Assembly: GCF_001194135.2 (NCBI RefSeq) | Contig: NC_068983.1 | Coordinates: 37,285,289-37,338,523 of the forward strand | From: Octopus bimaculoides | Taxonomy: Eukaryota | DNA: 53,235 nt | Reading direction: 5' to 3' | Shown: positions 23,421 to 36,110 of the stretch, in pieces | Layout of the letters: each line of letters opens with the position of its first letter | How positions within the stretch are numbered: position 1 is the stretch's first letter | Program-made: the position numbers and the translations under genes | Notes under the pieces: generated by a model | The model's database searches: none | The model's input: the letters and a program-made list of their open reading frames with translations, nothing else | What the model was told of the DNA's origin: nothing

Positions 23421-23603
23421 TGTAGTACAAATGTCTTGTTTTCATAAGTTTTGAATTAAAATCTTCCGCCAAACCTTAGTCACAATTTATGTTCCTAACA
23501 TTAGCTTAATGACAATTTAGTTGCTTTACTAAATTCTTTGTTATGTTTAAAATTAATTGGTAGAAACACAGAGCATCTCAACAGAAATATGGTAACAAAT
23601 GGG
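23421..23603. mobile_element. TTAA MITE subfamily 2 (partial, reverse copy)
   Basis: Ends ATGGTAACAAATGGG-TTAA; reverse complement of 32588-32770. Confidence 0.75.
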
Positions 23604-24099
23604 TTAAACAGTGGTAGGGAGACAAGTCAAGCACAAGCATAAAAGTACATGCATAGGTATATACATACAATACATACATATATATCTTTTATGCACATAC
23701 ATGTGCAGCTGAATCAAAGTATGAACAGGCAAACAACTGGTATCGGTATAGACCATTGCATTTATATATTTAAACATAATTGTTGAGTTGTTCCAAAAGA
23801 GTAGATCATAAGAAATAAGTTAGTAAGAAGGTGTGCAGATAATATCTTAAAGCTGCTTCTAGAACAGATGCGCATATGGTACGTTTCTCTGCAAAAGTAA
23901 GATAAGTTATCCATATAGCAGCTGTCTATTCCATCTTCAGAGAGATAAAAATGAGGTAGAGGATTTTCGTAGTGATCAATTCCATCATTGGAGAGAGATT
24001 TTTGTTTTAGTCAAAGTTCATATTCAAGTTTTAGGGGCTAAGTCAGCTTGAGCACTCACAGTGTATACTGATTACATTACAGCATTAGATGTGATTTTA

Positions 24100-24575
24100 C
24101 CAGTGTCTTGGGGGATATGAGTTCAACTCCCATAGCTGTTGGTTGACATTTTTTTCTGCTTTGTAATACCTTGTTTTTCTGCTGTTTCAACAGCAATACT
24201 GCATTTGAAAATATCACTTTCTTGTCTGTATCGTACAATATGCATTTGACACTTCTGAAAAAAACTAATGTAAGTTTGTTTATATACACATGTGGTTGTT
24301 ACATTTCAAAAAGTTATCTATTTAGCGGATGAGTTGTCAGTGGGTAGTTTAGCTTAATGGTAAAGAACTCAGCAGGTGTCTTGGGAATGTGTGTTTGACT
24401 CCCATGGCTGTTTGTTGACTACTTTTTTCCCACCTTGTAAGGGTAATAATACCCAATTTTCTTTGCTGTTTTAACAGCAATACTGCATTTGAAACATCAC
24501 CTTCTTGTCTTTATTGTACGATACACATTTGATGCATCTAAAAAAAGCAAATGTAAATTTCTTTATATGCACACA
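24100..24575 (+). repeat. Diverged tandem duplication (~200-bp units); second unit has a tRNA-like head
   Basis: AACAGCAATACTGCATTTGAAA shared at about 24190 and 24473; TAGCTTAATGGTAAAG and GTTTGACTCCC boxes at about 24348-24402. Confidence 0.6.
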
Positions 24576-24761
24576 CCAAATTTCAAACAGGGGTATAACA
24601 AAAGTTTTTCATTAAGATTTGTAATTAAATTAATGAGCAAGGTTAATATTTATTATGAATTTGCCATTTTTGATGGGTGAGCAGCACACACCTAGCAAAC
24701 CCAGAATATATGCCCCTGAGTAAAATTGTGGTCATTCATACATACAGGCTTATGCTTTAGA

Positions 24762-25019
24762 GGTGCCAGTGTCATAAAATGCACTTGTGCTGGTACTGCA
24801 TAAATGCACTTGTGCTGGTACTGCATAAATGCACTTGTGCCAGTGGCAAATAAAAAGCATCCAGCACACTCTGTAAAGTGATTGGCATTAGGAAATGCCA
24901 CAACAGACAATAGAAGTCTGGTCAGCTCCCCAGCTGGCCAGCTCCTGTCAAGCCATCCAGCCCATGCCAGCATGGAAAACAGATGCTAAGCAATAATGAT
25001 GATGATAATGATGATGATA
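24762..25019 (+). mobile_element. Family A repeat with 25-bp x3 internal tandem
   Basis: ATAAATGCACTTGTGCTGGTACTGC repeats; (GAT)n tail. Confidence 0.75.
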
Positions 25020-25039
25020 CACAAAACGCACATCTATGC

Positions 25040-25290
25040 ACATGATGGGCTTCTTTCAGTTTCTATCTACCAAATCCATCTCAAGGCTTCTATCTACTAA
25101 ATCCATTTCAAGGCTTCTATCTACCAAATCCATCTCAAGGCTTCTATGTACTAAATCCATCTCAAGGCTTCTATCTACCAAATCCATCTCAGGACCATAA
25201 TAGAAAACACTTGCTCAAGGTAGCACAGAGTGGGACTGAACCAGGCACCATGTGGTTGGGAAGGAAGCTTCTTACCACGCAGTCACACTT
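25040..25290 (-). mobile_element. Family B head containing a 27-bp x~5 minisatellite
   Basis: TTCTATCTACCAAATCCATCTCAAGGC repeated at 25061-25193. Confidence 0.8.
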
Positions 25291-26009
25291 ACGCACACTA
25301 CCATAACTGCACTAGATGGAATATTTCATACAGTTGTAGGAGTGCTTTGAAGGTAGAAGTAAATCTGCCTCCAATTTAGTTGTGTGCCTGTGCTTCACTT
25401 ATTTTTTTGTGTTTTACTACATAAACATCACCAACTGTCAAACATGAGTAATTACTGATGGCACGTGCCTGGTATATATGTATGTATATATGAATGTATA
25501 TATGTGCATTTGTGTGTGTGGGTGTTTGTGTCTCTTTGTCTTGACATTGTACAACAATTTTAAGTGGGTATTATTGTCATATAAGCAGTGTCTGGCAATA
25601 GGAAAATATTACATTACTTGGAAACATGTGTATGTTGGTGACAGGAAGTAGATCTGACTGCAGAAAAATTTGCTTCAACAAATTCTGCCTGGTCTATATG
25701 AACGTTAAAACAATGATGATGATGATTATGATGATATGTGTGTGTGTATACATGGATGTCAGTTCTCCATGTCATTTTTAGTACCGTCTGAGTGAAAGAC
25801 AATGACATTACTTACATCTTTGAGTGAAGAAATATTCCATAGTTCAGTAGACATTTGAAGACTGGTGGAATGGAAAATACTTTGCTTGAAAAACATAATA
25901 AAGGACAGTGTGACCATCCAACCATAAAGAATTCAAGCTCAATAAGTTTTGTCTAATCCATGCCAGGATAGGAATATAAATGTCAATACCATGCATGTAC
26001 AAAAGGCAA

Positions 26010-26200
26010 TGAGATGGCAGAATCATTAACAGGTTGGGCAAAATGCTTGGCGGTATTTTGTCTGTCTTTACATTTTGTGTTCAAATGCTGACAAGATTAA
26101 CTTTGCCTTTCATCCTTCCAGGGTTGATAAAATAAGTACCAGTTGATCACTTACCCCCTCGCCAGAACTTGTTGGCCTTGTGCCCAAATTTTAAACCAAT
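26010..26200 (+). mobile_element. Family E SINE
   Basis: GGCAGAATCATTA...GTTCAAAT...CTTTGCCTTTCATCC...TAAGTACCAG. Confidence 0.75.
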
Positions 26201-26295
26201 ATCATGCATATAAAAGACAACAGAGTTGTGTTGTGTCCATTGATGCATTTGTAAGGTTCTCCTTAGTTAAGGCTGGATCTACACTCAAAGATGAT

Positions 26296-27230
26296 GTTTG
26301 CAGAGAGTCACTGCTCATGAACTTCTGTTTGTTGTGAAGCATTTTTATAGGTTCTGACAATTCAGCATATTGAGAGTTTGGAAGTTTTTCAAAAGGGAAA
26401 TCTTTGCTGGTTTTTGTAGAGAGTCACTGCTCATGAACTTCTGTTTGTTGTGGAGCTATGTAGCTCGAGGCTGTCCTCTTGAAGAGCAATTACTCCAAGA
26501 GATTGGTGGGAGCAGCAAAATTTGATATTTTAAAATTTATTTTTATAGTTTCTGACAATTCAGCATATTGAGATTTTGGAAGTTTTCCAAAAGGGGAATN
26601 NNNNNNNNNATTTATGTAGCTCGAGGCTGTCCCCTTGAAGAGCAATTACTCCAAGAGATTGGTGGGAGCAGCAAATATTGATATTTTAAAATTCATTTTT
26701 ATAGGTTCTGACAATTCAGCATATTGAGATTTTGGAAGTTTTCCAAAAGGGGAATTTTTGCTGATTTTTGCAGAGAGTCACTGCTCATGAACTTCTGTTT
26801 GTTGTGAAGCATTTTTATAGGTTCTGACAATTCAGCATATTGAGATTTTGGAAGTTTTTNNNNNNNNNNNNNNNNNNNNNNNNNNNNNNNNNNNNNNNNN
26901 NNNNNNNNNNNTTTTGCAGAGAGTCACTGCTCATGAACTTCTGTTTGTTGTGAAGCATTTTTATAGGTTCTGACAATTCAGCATATTGAGATTTTGGAAG
27001 TTTTTCAAAAGGGAAATCTTTGCTGGTTTTTGCAGAGAGCTACTACTTATGAACTTTTGTTTGTTGTGAAGCTACATAGTTTGAGGCTGTCCCCTTGAAG
27101 AGCAATTACTCCAAGAGATTAATGGGACCAGCAAAAACTGATATTTAAAAATTTATTTTTATACATTCTAACAACTCAGCATATTGAGATTTTAGAAGTT
27201 TTTCAAAAGAGAAATCTATGCTGGTTGTAG
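26296..27230. repeat. Composite satellite of 116-bp and ~200-bp monomers, with two gaps
   Basis: (C/T)AGAGAG anchor at 26301, 26417, 26771, 26917 and 27033; long monomers carry an extra ~84-bp block. Confidence 0.9.
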
Positions 27231-27524
27231 CAATTGGTTAATAATTTTGGTCTCTGATTAAGAAATGTTGCAGGTAAGTTGCTTCAGAATCTGGAACGTT
27301 CTAGTTAAACAGAGTTTACTGTTCATATCCCATTAAAATATTGCTAGGCTCTACCAATGATATTCTATGTTCTTGGAAGGTATGTTGAGCTGAAAATGAA
27401 TTGTGACAGAGGTGTAGAATGTTTCCTGTGCTTTTGATTGGAATGAGTAGAGAGGTTGAAGGAGATAATCATTGAAAGAGTTTGCAGTTAAATCTGTATA
27501 ATTCATTTTTAACAAACTGCCAAG

Positions 27525-27792
27525 TTGTAGAGCTGCAAACAAACCATCACCAGTTGTCAAGTGATGGAGGGGATAAACACAAAGACACATGAAAAACACA
27601 GGCATGTGTAAACACACACACACATTGTATTGTGTGTTTGTGCACACAATAGGCTTCCATGCAACTTCATCAACCAAATTCTCTCACAAGGCAATTGGTT
27701 AGCCCAAGGCTTCAGTAGTAGACACTTGGGACTGAGCCTGAAACCATATGGTTCAAAGCAAGCATCTTAACTTCACAGCCTTGCCTGTACCT
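27525..27792 (-). mobile_element. Family B head with partial C tail
   Basis: Similarity to 22895-23170 on the opposite strand. Confidence 0.7.
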
Positions 27793-29107
27793 AATACATA
27801 TACACATATACATACACATACGCACATTCAATTATTCAGAAACGTTCTTTGAGACCAGCTTTGTAGTTTATTCTGCTTCTGACTGAATCAGGTTTTTTTT
27901 CCCTTTCATAAACAGCAGCTGCTACTCTATTTGAACAGCGTCTTCTGGTAACAAGGGTTACCATGCATATATTATTCTCTTTCTATTATTGTCCAGGCCA
28001 GTTAGTTGCAAAGCAAACATATTTTTTTATCTTTTATTTTTACTCGAATTAAATAGAAGAGAAATTAACCAGTTCTCTTGTGGGAGATGTGGATAATGAG
28101 AGTTAATACGATGAAAATAATGGTAATTCAATAAGTTCTTAAATACCTCCTGCTTCCAGAAATATAGATACACTTCAATCATTAATCCTCTAATACTGGA
28201 ATGATTAGCACATAAATATTTGAAGGAGCACAATTATTTTTAGTTTGGATAAAAAGTTACAAAAGTCATTGTTTATATTCCTTGTTCTGTAATGTCAAAC
28301 TGTTCATTGATTGATCTATTTATATATTTTGTAGGTACCTTTTTTTATGTGTTGTTTGGTTTTGTTTTCACCCGTAGATGTAGTGAGGACCTAACCAGCT
28401 ATTCTGTGGGTGTTAGAGATTCATAGTTGACATTCTGTGTAAAATTTTCAATCATTGCCACAGAAGTAGAGATTAAAAAGAAGTGAAAATGAAATGCCAG
28501 TCACTGAAAGTAAATATCATTTTTATTCAAGATGTCGACTATTCTAGAAATATCTCGAGGAGACAACAAGAGAACAGAAAATAGATTGGTTAATATTTGC
28601 AAGCTTCTCAATGAGAAATTGAGGTAGAATTACTTGGTAGTTGTTGAAATAGAGAAAAAGTTTCCTTCCTTTTTATTCTGGATTCTTATTCTGAGAAAGA
28701 TAGTTGAATCAGTCTGTCGTTTTGGAAGTTTTAAGGTTTGAATTCATCAAGGTCAACTTTATATTTTATCTGGAATCAATAACATAAGTCTTCTTTTATC
28801 TTGTATATGTCAAGCAATTGCAACTGAGAGGCATTTCACCATGTCATACCAGGAATCTCTATTCCCTATTAGCTTTAGTAGATTCACAGTTTCCTATGCA
28901 CCTCTTCAAATGTATTACATCTGCTCTTGTTCCTCTATCATACTTTAACCTTCACCACCTATCTTTAAATCACCTCTCCCTCTCTCAAACATACTCCCAC
29001 TCAGTCACAAGGAACTCTTCTTTTTCTTTCCCTTACTTTGACTTGTAGGTAGAATTACTTGGTAGTTGCTGAAATAGAGAAAAAGTTTCCTTCCTTTTTA
29101 TTCACTC

Positions 29108-29292
29108 GATGGCCTCACGAGTTCTGGTGGCACACAAAAAAGCACCCAGTGGTTGGTGTTAGGAACAGCATCCAGCCAGAGAAGCCATGCCAAAGCAAGG
29201 GCTTGATGCAGCTCTGCAGCTTGTCAGACCCTATCAAACAGCTCAACCCATGCCAGCATGGAAGACTGATGCTAAATGATTGTGATGATGTA
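29108..29292 (+). mobile_element. Family A repeat (diverged)
   Basis: GTGGTTGGTGTTAGGAACAGCATCCAGCC...CCCATGCCAGCATGGAAG. Confidence 0.7.
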
Positions 29293-29789
29293 TCTCTAGA
29301 AATAACATCAGTGCAGATGCGTGGTCTTCATCCTGTATCAGGGTGTAGAAAGAAGTTTCCTCAAAATATAACAATTCAATATGGCTTGGCATCCAGCCCA
29401 ATAGCAATATCCATGTTAAGCTGGATATAAAGATTGTCTCTTGGTATTAATACTGCTTCTGTCAGTAAAAATTACTTTTTAATAAACCTGTTGGCTATTT
29501 GCGATTAGTGCCTGAAAAGCTACTGGAATTCTAAATATCATTGGCTGTGAAACTTGGCTGGTATGCAGCGAGCTGATATCAGTAATTGAAGAGATGGAGT
29601 ATGTCAAAATCATGATCTAGCAGTTCTGGCACCAGTAGCAGATGATTCTTGTATGCCAACAATGTCAATATTTGTGCTTTTATGCACCACACATCCATAT
29701 TCAATTCCTGACTTTTGTACATAATTCTATGTACTGTACATGCACCTTTGATGAGTTGTAGTGCACCTGAGCAATGTACTCAATTATTT

Positions 29790-30348
29790 CATTATTATTG
29801 AGTGAGAGAGCAGTGCATGCCATCAAAGTGACACTGGGGTAAAATATACGAAGCTCAGTATACTCATCATGACTAGCCGTCTAATAAGGATACACCAGGC
29901 ACATGCATCATAACCATATGTGCATGGCATGGTGATCTGATATCAAAATAAACAATGCATGAACTTGCAAGTGGGGCCCAGTTAGAATTTTGTTCAGGTT
30001 GAGTAACCCATCCCATTCAAAAGGTCCCTGAATAAGGGCTGTTTAAGGATGTTCAATGAAATACCCATGTTTCCAAGGGTGAATTATCTAAACCCCAAAG
30101 AATTCCTCTCAACACATGGCTATGATGCTCTCCCACTACTTCTGCTCATGATCAGAGATGCACATATTGCTAGCCACTAAGGGACATACTTAACTGGTTA
30201 AGGTCAAACAACTGACAAGCAAATCTGTGGTACTGAGCAGAATATTTGCTGTAGCCCATATTTTATACCAAGACAAAACAATGTACATGATAACACTTCC
30301 AATCAGTTAAGGTCAGAAGCCATGAGAGCCACTGCTTGGTACTGCATC
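29790..30348 (-). mobile_element. Unclassified ~550-bp insertion with (AAT)n end
   Basis: Flanked by ATT tracts and splits a diverged tandem duplication; single copy here, family status rests on recall only. Confidence 0.35.
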
Positions 30349-31772
30349 TATCATTATTATTATTATAAATATAGCCTTTTGGTATTAATACTGCATATGT
30401 CACTAATAATCATTTTTTAATAAGCCTGCTGGCTATTTGCAACATCAATGACAAAAAAGTCACTGTTATTCTATATACTGTAGGCAGTGAGATTTGGCTG
30501 GTATGTGTGGTGAGTGGACATCTGTCACTAAAGAGACACAGTACACTGAAGTCATGTGATCTGGCAGATGATTCTCATTTGCCAATGGTATAAATATGTG
30601 TAATTTTATGCACCACACATCCATATGAAGGGTCCTCTTAAGGTGAGTACCACAGTGTTAGGCATTTTAACAAAACATCCATGTTAAGTTGGATATAAAG
30701 ATTGCCTATTGGAATTGTGACTTGCACTGTTGACTTGCAGAAAAGTGAAATTCTGTATTTTGCAAGAATTGTAAGAAAGATTCTTGAGATTTGAAGAGAA
30801 CTTGTTGTCACAAAACCCCAAAATAATGCTCCTCCTAATTAAGTTAATAACAACAACAACAACAACAACAATAATACTAATAATAATAATAATAACAACA
30901 ACAACAAAAGAGTACACAAGGGTAGGTGTGGACTCTTGCAGCCTTGGCTAGCAACACACCTAGGGATGGTGTCATAATAAAAATACTGGTGATTACACAA
31001 CCTTATAAATGTTACCTCTAAATGGATGATGTCAAAATCAAATAATAACCACAACTGCACTAACAGGATCAGAACTGTTAACAGTGAAGGTGTCGCATGA
31101 GGCAGGCAGGGACTATCTGATCAAGCTCTGGCAGGTCATCATCAAGCTATTAATCAGGACCAAAATCGCAGACAAATGTGCAAAAGGAAAAGAATGAAAT
31201 GGGAAAAAGATGTACAGAAAGTGTATCTCTTAAGGACAGCAAGGCTTATCAGGAAAGTTTTAAGCACTTGAAAGACTGCTGAAAACTTGTGGATACTTAG
31301 GGTTACTGGTAGTAACATAGTATCCACATAAATCTTACCAGGAATAAGACTGAACCTGAGCCAAACAAGATAATAATGATGATGATGATGACGATGACAA
31401 CGACGACGATGATGACAACGATGGTTTCTCTTATTGATCACAAGAGCCCAAAACGTGGAGCACAATATCAAAGGATGAGTTACAGCACACAACAAAACAA
31501 AAATTACAAAAACATGTAGGGTTAACATCAATCAAGGAGAGATAATACCACATTAAAGAATATAACAGAGGAAATATGACAGAAAGTAGAGAAATAAATA
31601 ATAAATAAATAAATAAATAGAATCTCCAATAGTAAGGCAGTCCACTTAGGGTAATCCGGGGTAAACCCCAAACAAAAATTCCAGATTACTCTGCCATCTC
31701 CAAGGCACAGGAAAATGCCCCCTTTTCTCCTGCTTAGAAAAACATATTCATAGTAATTGGACACTAAACTTT

Positions 31773-32398
31773 GCAAGCAGAGTTTAGTGTCCAATGAAGA
31801 AAAGGTATGCATAAGTGGGCTGGCTACACCCCTGACAGAGGCCATGGGTTATGGTCTCACTTGGCTTGCCAGGTCTTTTCACGCACAGTATATTTCCAAA
31901 GATCTCAGTCATTAGTCATTGCCTTGGTGAGGCCTAATGTTTGAAGGTCATGCTTCACTACCTCATCCCAGGTCTTCCTGGGTCTACTTCTTCCACAGGT
32001 TCCCTCAAACGCTAGGGTGTGGCACTTTTTCACACAGCTATCCTCATCCATTCTCGCCATATGACCATACCAGCACAGTCGTCTCTCTTGCACACCACAT
32101 CTGATGCTTGTTAGGTCCAACTTTTCTCTCAAAGTACTTACACTCTGTTAAGTATGCACACTGACATTACACATCTATCGGAGCATACTGCCTTCGTTCC
32201 TTGTGAGCTTATGCATGTCTTCAGCAGTCACGGCCCATGTTTCACTACCATGTAGCATGGCTGTTCATACACATGCATCATACAGTCTACCTTTTACTCT
32301 GAGCGAGAGGTCCTTTGTCAACAGCAAAGGTAAGAGCTCTCTGAACTTTGCCCAGGCTATTCTTATTCTAGCAGCTACACTTTCAGTGCACCCTCCCC
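31773..32398 (-). mobile_element. RTE-clade LINE 3' fragment
   Basis: Minus: RIRIAWAKFRELLPLL..KGRLYDACV*TAMLHGSETWAV...RRLCWYGHMARMDEDSCVKKC...GRSRPRKTWDEVVKHDL, then start of 3' UTR. Confidence 0.9.
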
Positions 32399-32587
32399 CA
32401 TTTAAAATTAATTGAAAGAAACACAGAACATCTCAACAGAAATATGGTAACAAAAGGGTTAGCTTGATGTAGATAAAACAATAAATATCAACGTGTAGAT
32501 ATTGGGTTAAAACCCCATTTCTGGATAGAAAATGTTGAAGGCTGCCTGACCCAATATTTACATGCAATTACTTATAGTTTTATTTAA

Positions 32588-32809
32588 CCCTTTTTGTTAC
32601 CATATTTCTGTTGAGATGCTCTGTGTTTCTTTCAATTAATTTTAGATATAACAAAGAATTTAGTAAAATAACGTAGGTATCATTAAGCTAGTGTTAAGAA
32701 CATAAACAGTGACTAAAATTTGGTGGAGGATTTTAATTTAAAACTTATGAAACAAGACATTTGTACTACAGAGCCAGAAGTGGTTTCAGCCAGGTTGGTA
32801 TCGAATGGG
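32588..32809. mobile_element. TTAA/piggyBac-like MITE subfamily 2, complete
   Basis: TTAA-CCCTTTTTGTTACCA...TGGTATCGAATGGG-TTAA; inverted partial copy at 32401-32458. Confidence 0.85.
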
Positions 32810-32811
32810 TT

Positions 32812-33205
32812 AAGGTGGCATGCTGGCAGAATCATTAACACATTCTGTCTTAACGTTCTGAGTTCAGGTTGAATTTGCCTTTCACCCTTTTTGGTGTCAG
32901 TAAAGTAAGTACCATTTGACCACTGGGGCTGATGTAATCAGCTTACCCCACCCGTAAACATTGCTGGCCCTGTGCTAAAATTTGAAACCAGTATTTTCAC
33001 ACTATTATTTATAGTTTTATTTCAGGTGATGAGCTGGCAAGAGCAAACTGCTTAGTGGCATTTCATTTGTCTTAACATTCTGAGTTAAAATCCCAATGAG
33101 GTCAGCTTTGACTTTCATCCATTCGTTGTTGATAAAAATAGTACCAGTTACCATCTTACCCCTTCCCCTGAAATTACTGGCCTTTTGCCAAAATTTGAAA
33201 CCATT
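32812..33205 (+). mobile_element. Two family E SINEs
   Basis: Copies at about 32812-32990 and 33025-33205. Confidence 0.75.
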
Positions 33206-34061
33206 ATTTATAATTCTATTTGCTTTGAATTAAACCATTCTAAGAAAGAATTAATCCATATTCTTTTACATTTCTAAATTCTTATGATGTCAATAATGGA
33301 TTTAAAATTTTTTACTTTCTATTTATCACTATTTACTAGAAGATGATTCAGTGTGACAGAATTTATTTTAGCTTACAAAACTTTAGGTTGCAAAACATTT
33401 CTTTACACTTTACCATTCTAAATAAAATGTCTGTTGTCTACACAAGATTTCGGTGGTGGATGGAGTTTACAATTGACTTAAATTCTTTAACATACTGTGT
33501 GCGCTAATAAATTGACCAAATTGGCAGAACCTGTAGAGCTTTGGACAAAATGCCAAGAAAAATGATTTCAGAAAAATGGATGCCCACACCAAAAACGCAC
33601 CAACACATTTATTAACGGCTGAACTAGCAGAACTTGTCAGCTATTTAATTACACCATTTGTTAAAGACAAAATTGCCAAAGTTCAAGTTATTTTCCATTT
33701 GATTATTGAACAGGATTTGGAGACATACCAGGTTCATGTCAATGCACTTACTAACATCCAGCCTGTTACTTAAACAAGTTCAAAGAAAGTAAAGGTTGCT
33801 ATGATATAATTTTCAACGACATGTGTCAGCTTGCCAATATATCCTCAGTTTTGATACAGGGATATTCAAAAGGAGTTGGATTTAATGTAGGTGACTACTG
33901 GTTTTTACATTATAAGTTTAAACCTACCAGAAACTCCCTTTGCCTATCATCCTATGAGATTCAATATAATGAATATGCAAGTCAGATACTAAGTTGATTT
34001 AATATTCCATAAAAGCATTGCAGATGTGAATGGAATTGTAACAGAAAACTTAAACCTTCAT

Positions 34062-34686
34062 AGGCACAGGTATGGCTATGTGTTTACTATACTATGTGTT
34101 TACTATACTGTGTGGAGGCGCAATGGCCCAGTGATTAGGGCAGCAGACTCGTGGTCATAGGATTGAAGTTTTGATTCGCAGACTGGGCGTTGTGAGTGTT
34201 TATTGGGCAAAAACACCTAAAGCTCCACGAGGCACCGGCAGGGGAAGGTGGCGAACCCTGCTGTACTCTTTCATCACAACTTTCTCTCACTCTTACTTCC
34301 TGTTTCTGTTGTGCCTGTAATTCAAAGGGTCAGCCTTGTCACACTGTGACACGCTGAATATCCCCCGAGAACTATGTTAAGGGTACACGTGTCTGTGGAG
34401 TGCTCAGCCACTTGCACATTCATTTCACGAGCAGGCTGTTCTGTTGATCGGATCAACTGGAACCCTCGACGTTGTAAGCGACGGAGTGCCAACAACAACA
34501 ACTATACTGTGTAGTTTTGAGTTCAGTTTCAGTGCATAGCACCTTGGCCAAGTGTCTTCTATTATAGCCCTGAGTCAACCAAAACCTTGTGAATGGATCT
34601 GGTAGATGGAAATTGAAAGAAGCTCGTTGCATGTATGTATATCTATATATGGGCAAGTATGCATGAGTGTGTGTATGCATGTGTGT

Positions 34687-34729
<43 letters not shown>

Positions 34730-34830
34730 TGTCTTGAAATTCTGCAGTGGCTGTAAAACAAGCTCCACTGTCATACAGCGTTGTTTGTTGCCAATGCTCT
34801 GTGAAAGTATGTAGATGTACACCTCTATCT
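34062..34830 (+). mobile_element. Family B SINE split by a family G insertion
   Basis: A-box part before 34100; B-box and core resume at about 34513. Confidence 0.7.
34114..34500 (+). mobile_element. tRNA-derived SINE family G, full length, (AAC)n tail
   Basis: GGCGCAATGGCCCAGTGATTAGGGC head; 12-bp TSD ACTATACTGTGT (34102-34113 and 34501-34512). Confidence 0.9.
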
Positions 34831-35599
34831 CCCTCTATATCTCTTTCTCTGTCTGTCTGTCTGTCTCTTTTTTGACTCTTTCTCTCTTCTCCCCACTTTT
34901 CTCTATCATATATTTATTTTATTAACAATTGTTCATATGCATGTGCCTGAGAGAGAAAGAGAAAGAGAGAGAGTGAAGGAAGGAAGAGAGAGAGTGAAAG
35001 TGAGAGAGAGAGAGTGAACAACAGCGTATGTATGTAATCAATAGATTTTTGTGAATGTGCTTGTACTATGAATTCTGAATCCGTGAAACATAATGGACAT
35101 ACAAGTTTCACTAAACAAGGTCATAAGCCAGGCTTCAGGCTAAGCGGTCATTGGTTCAGATATACTCAAGGCACTTCACTATTCACTATTTAACACTGGA
35201 AATATGAGTGCCTAAAACTACATTTTCGTGTGTTTTTAAACTGGGATTGGTGCAGAATACATCTGGATATGTAAACATACAATGTCATATATAAATTATC
35301 ATTTTGACAACAGCAGCAGTTGGACAGTTAGCTGAATCATTAGAATGATAGCCAACAAGCTCTGAAAGCTGTCAGTTTGTATCCTGTCTCTAGTGCTCTA
35401 TGTAAGCACAGTATAGTTGAGTAAAGAAGTTCCCCTTACAAGCATAAGGCCTCAGGTTCAATCTCACAGTGTGGCATCTTGAGTAAATGTCATTTTCTAT
35501 AGCTTCAGGTTAGACTGTATTTTGTGAGTGGAATAGAGTCGGTGGAATCTGTATAGAAGCCCATTAAAAACGCTGTAGGTACAGCTTTGTTTCACACTT

Positions 35600-35755
35600 T
35601 GGCTGTATGGTAAGAAGTTTCCTTCCCAACCCCATGGTTCAAAGTTCAGTCCTTCTGTGTGGCTCCTTGGGTAAGTTTTTTTTTTACTTTAACCTCAGGG
35701 TGACCAAAGCCTTGTGAGTAGATTTGGTAGACGGAAAATGAATGAAACCCGTCAT

Positions 35756-35802
<47 letters not shown>

Positions 35803-36110
35803 TATGAGTGTGTGTGTGTGTGTGTGCATGTGTGTATGCATGTGTGTGCTTGTGTGTATGTGTGTATGCATATGTGTGTGTGTGTACATCTTTGTGTCTG
35901 TATTTGTCCCCCATCACTGCTTGACAACTAGTGTCGGTGTGTTTCGGTCCCTGTAACTTAGCAGTTCAGTAAAAGAGACTGATAGAATAAATACCAAGCT
36001 TAAAGGAAAATAAGTACTGGGGTCGATTCACTCGGCTAAAATACTTCAGGGAGTTGCCCCAGCATTGCCCCAGTCTAATGACTGAAACAAGTAAAAAGAT
36101 AAAGGATGAA
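35600..36110 (+). mobile_element. Family B head, (TG)n spacer and type-C tail SINE
   Basis: Same architecture as 22895-23420. Confidence 0.8.

Noticed and set aside
26200-27230. Satellite as a repetitive coding exon or CRISPR-like array
   Set aside because: Unit length 116 breaks frame, stops occur in all frames, there are no unique spacers, and the context is eukaryotic
27271-27279. Strong donor CAG/GTAAGT
   Set aside because: Upstream sequence has stops in all frames and no supported acceptor
33576-33773. 65-aa ORF in unique sequence
   Set aside because: No motif, splice support or family resemblance
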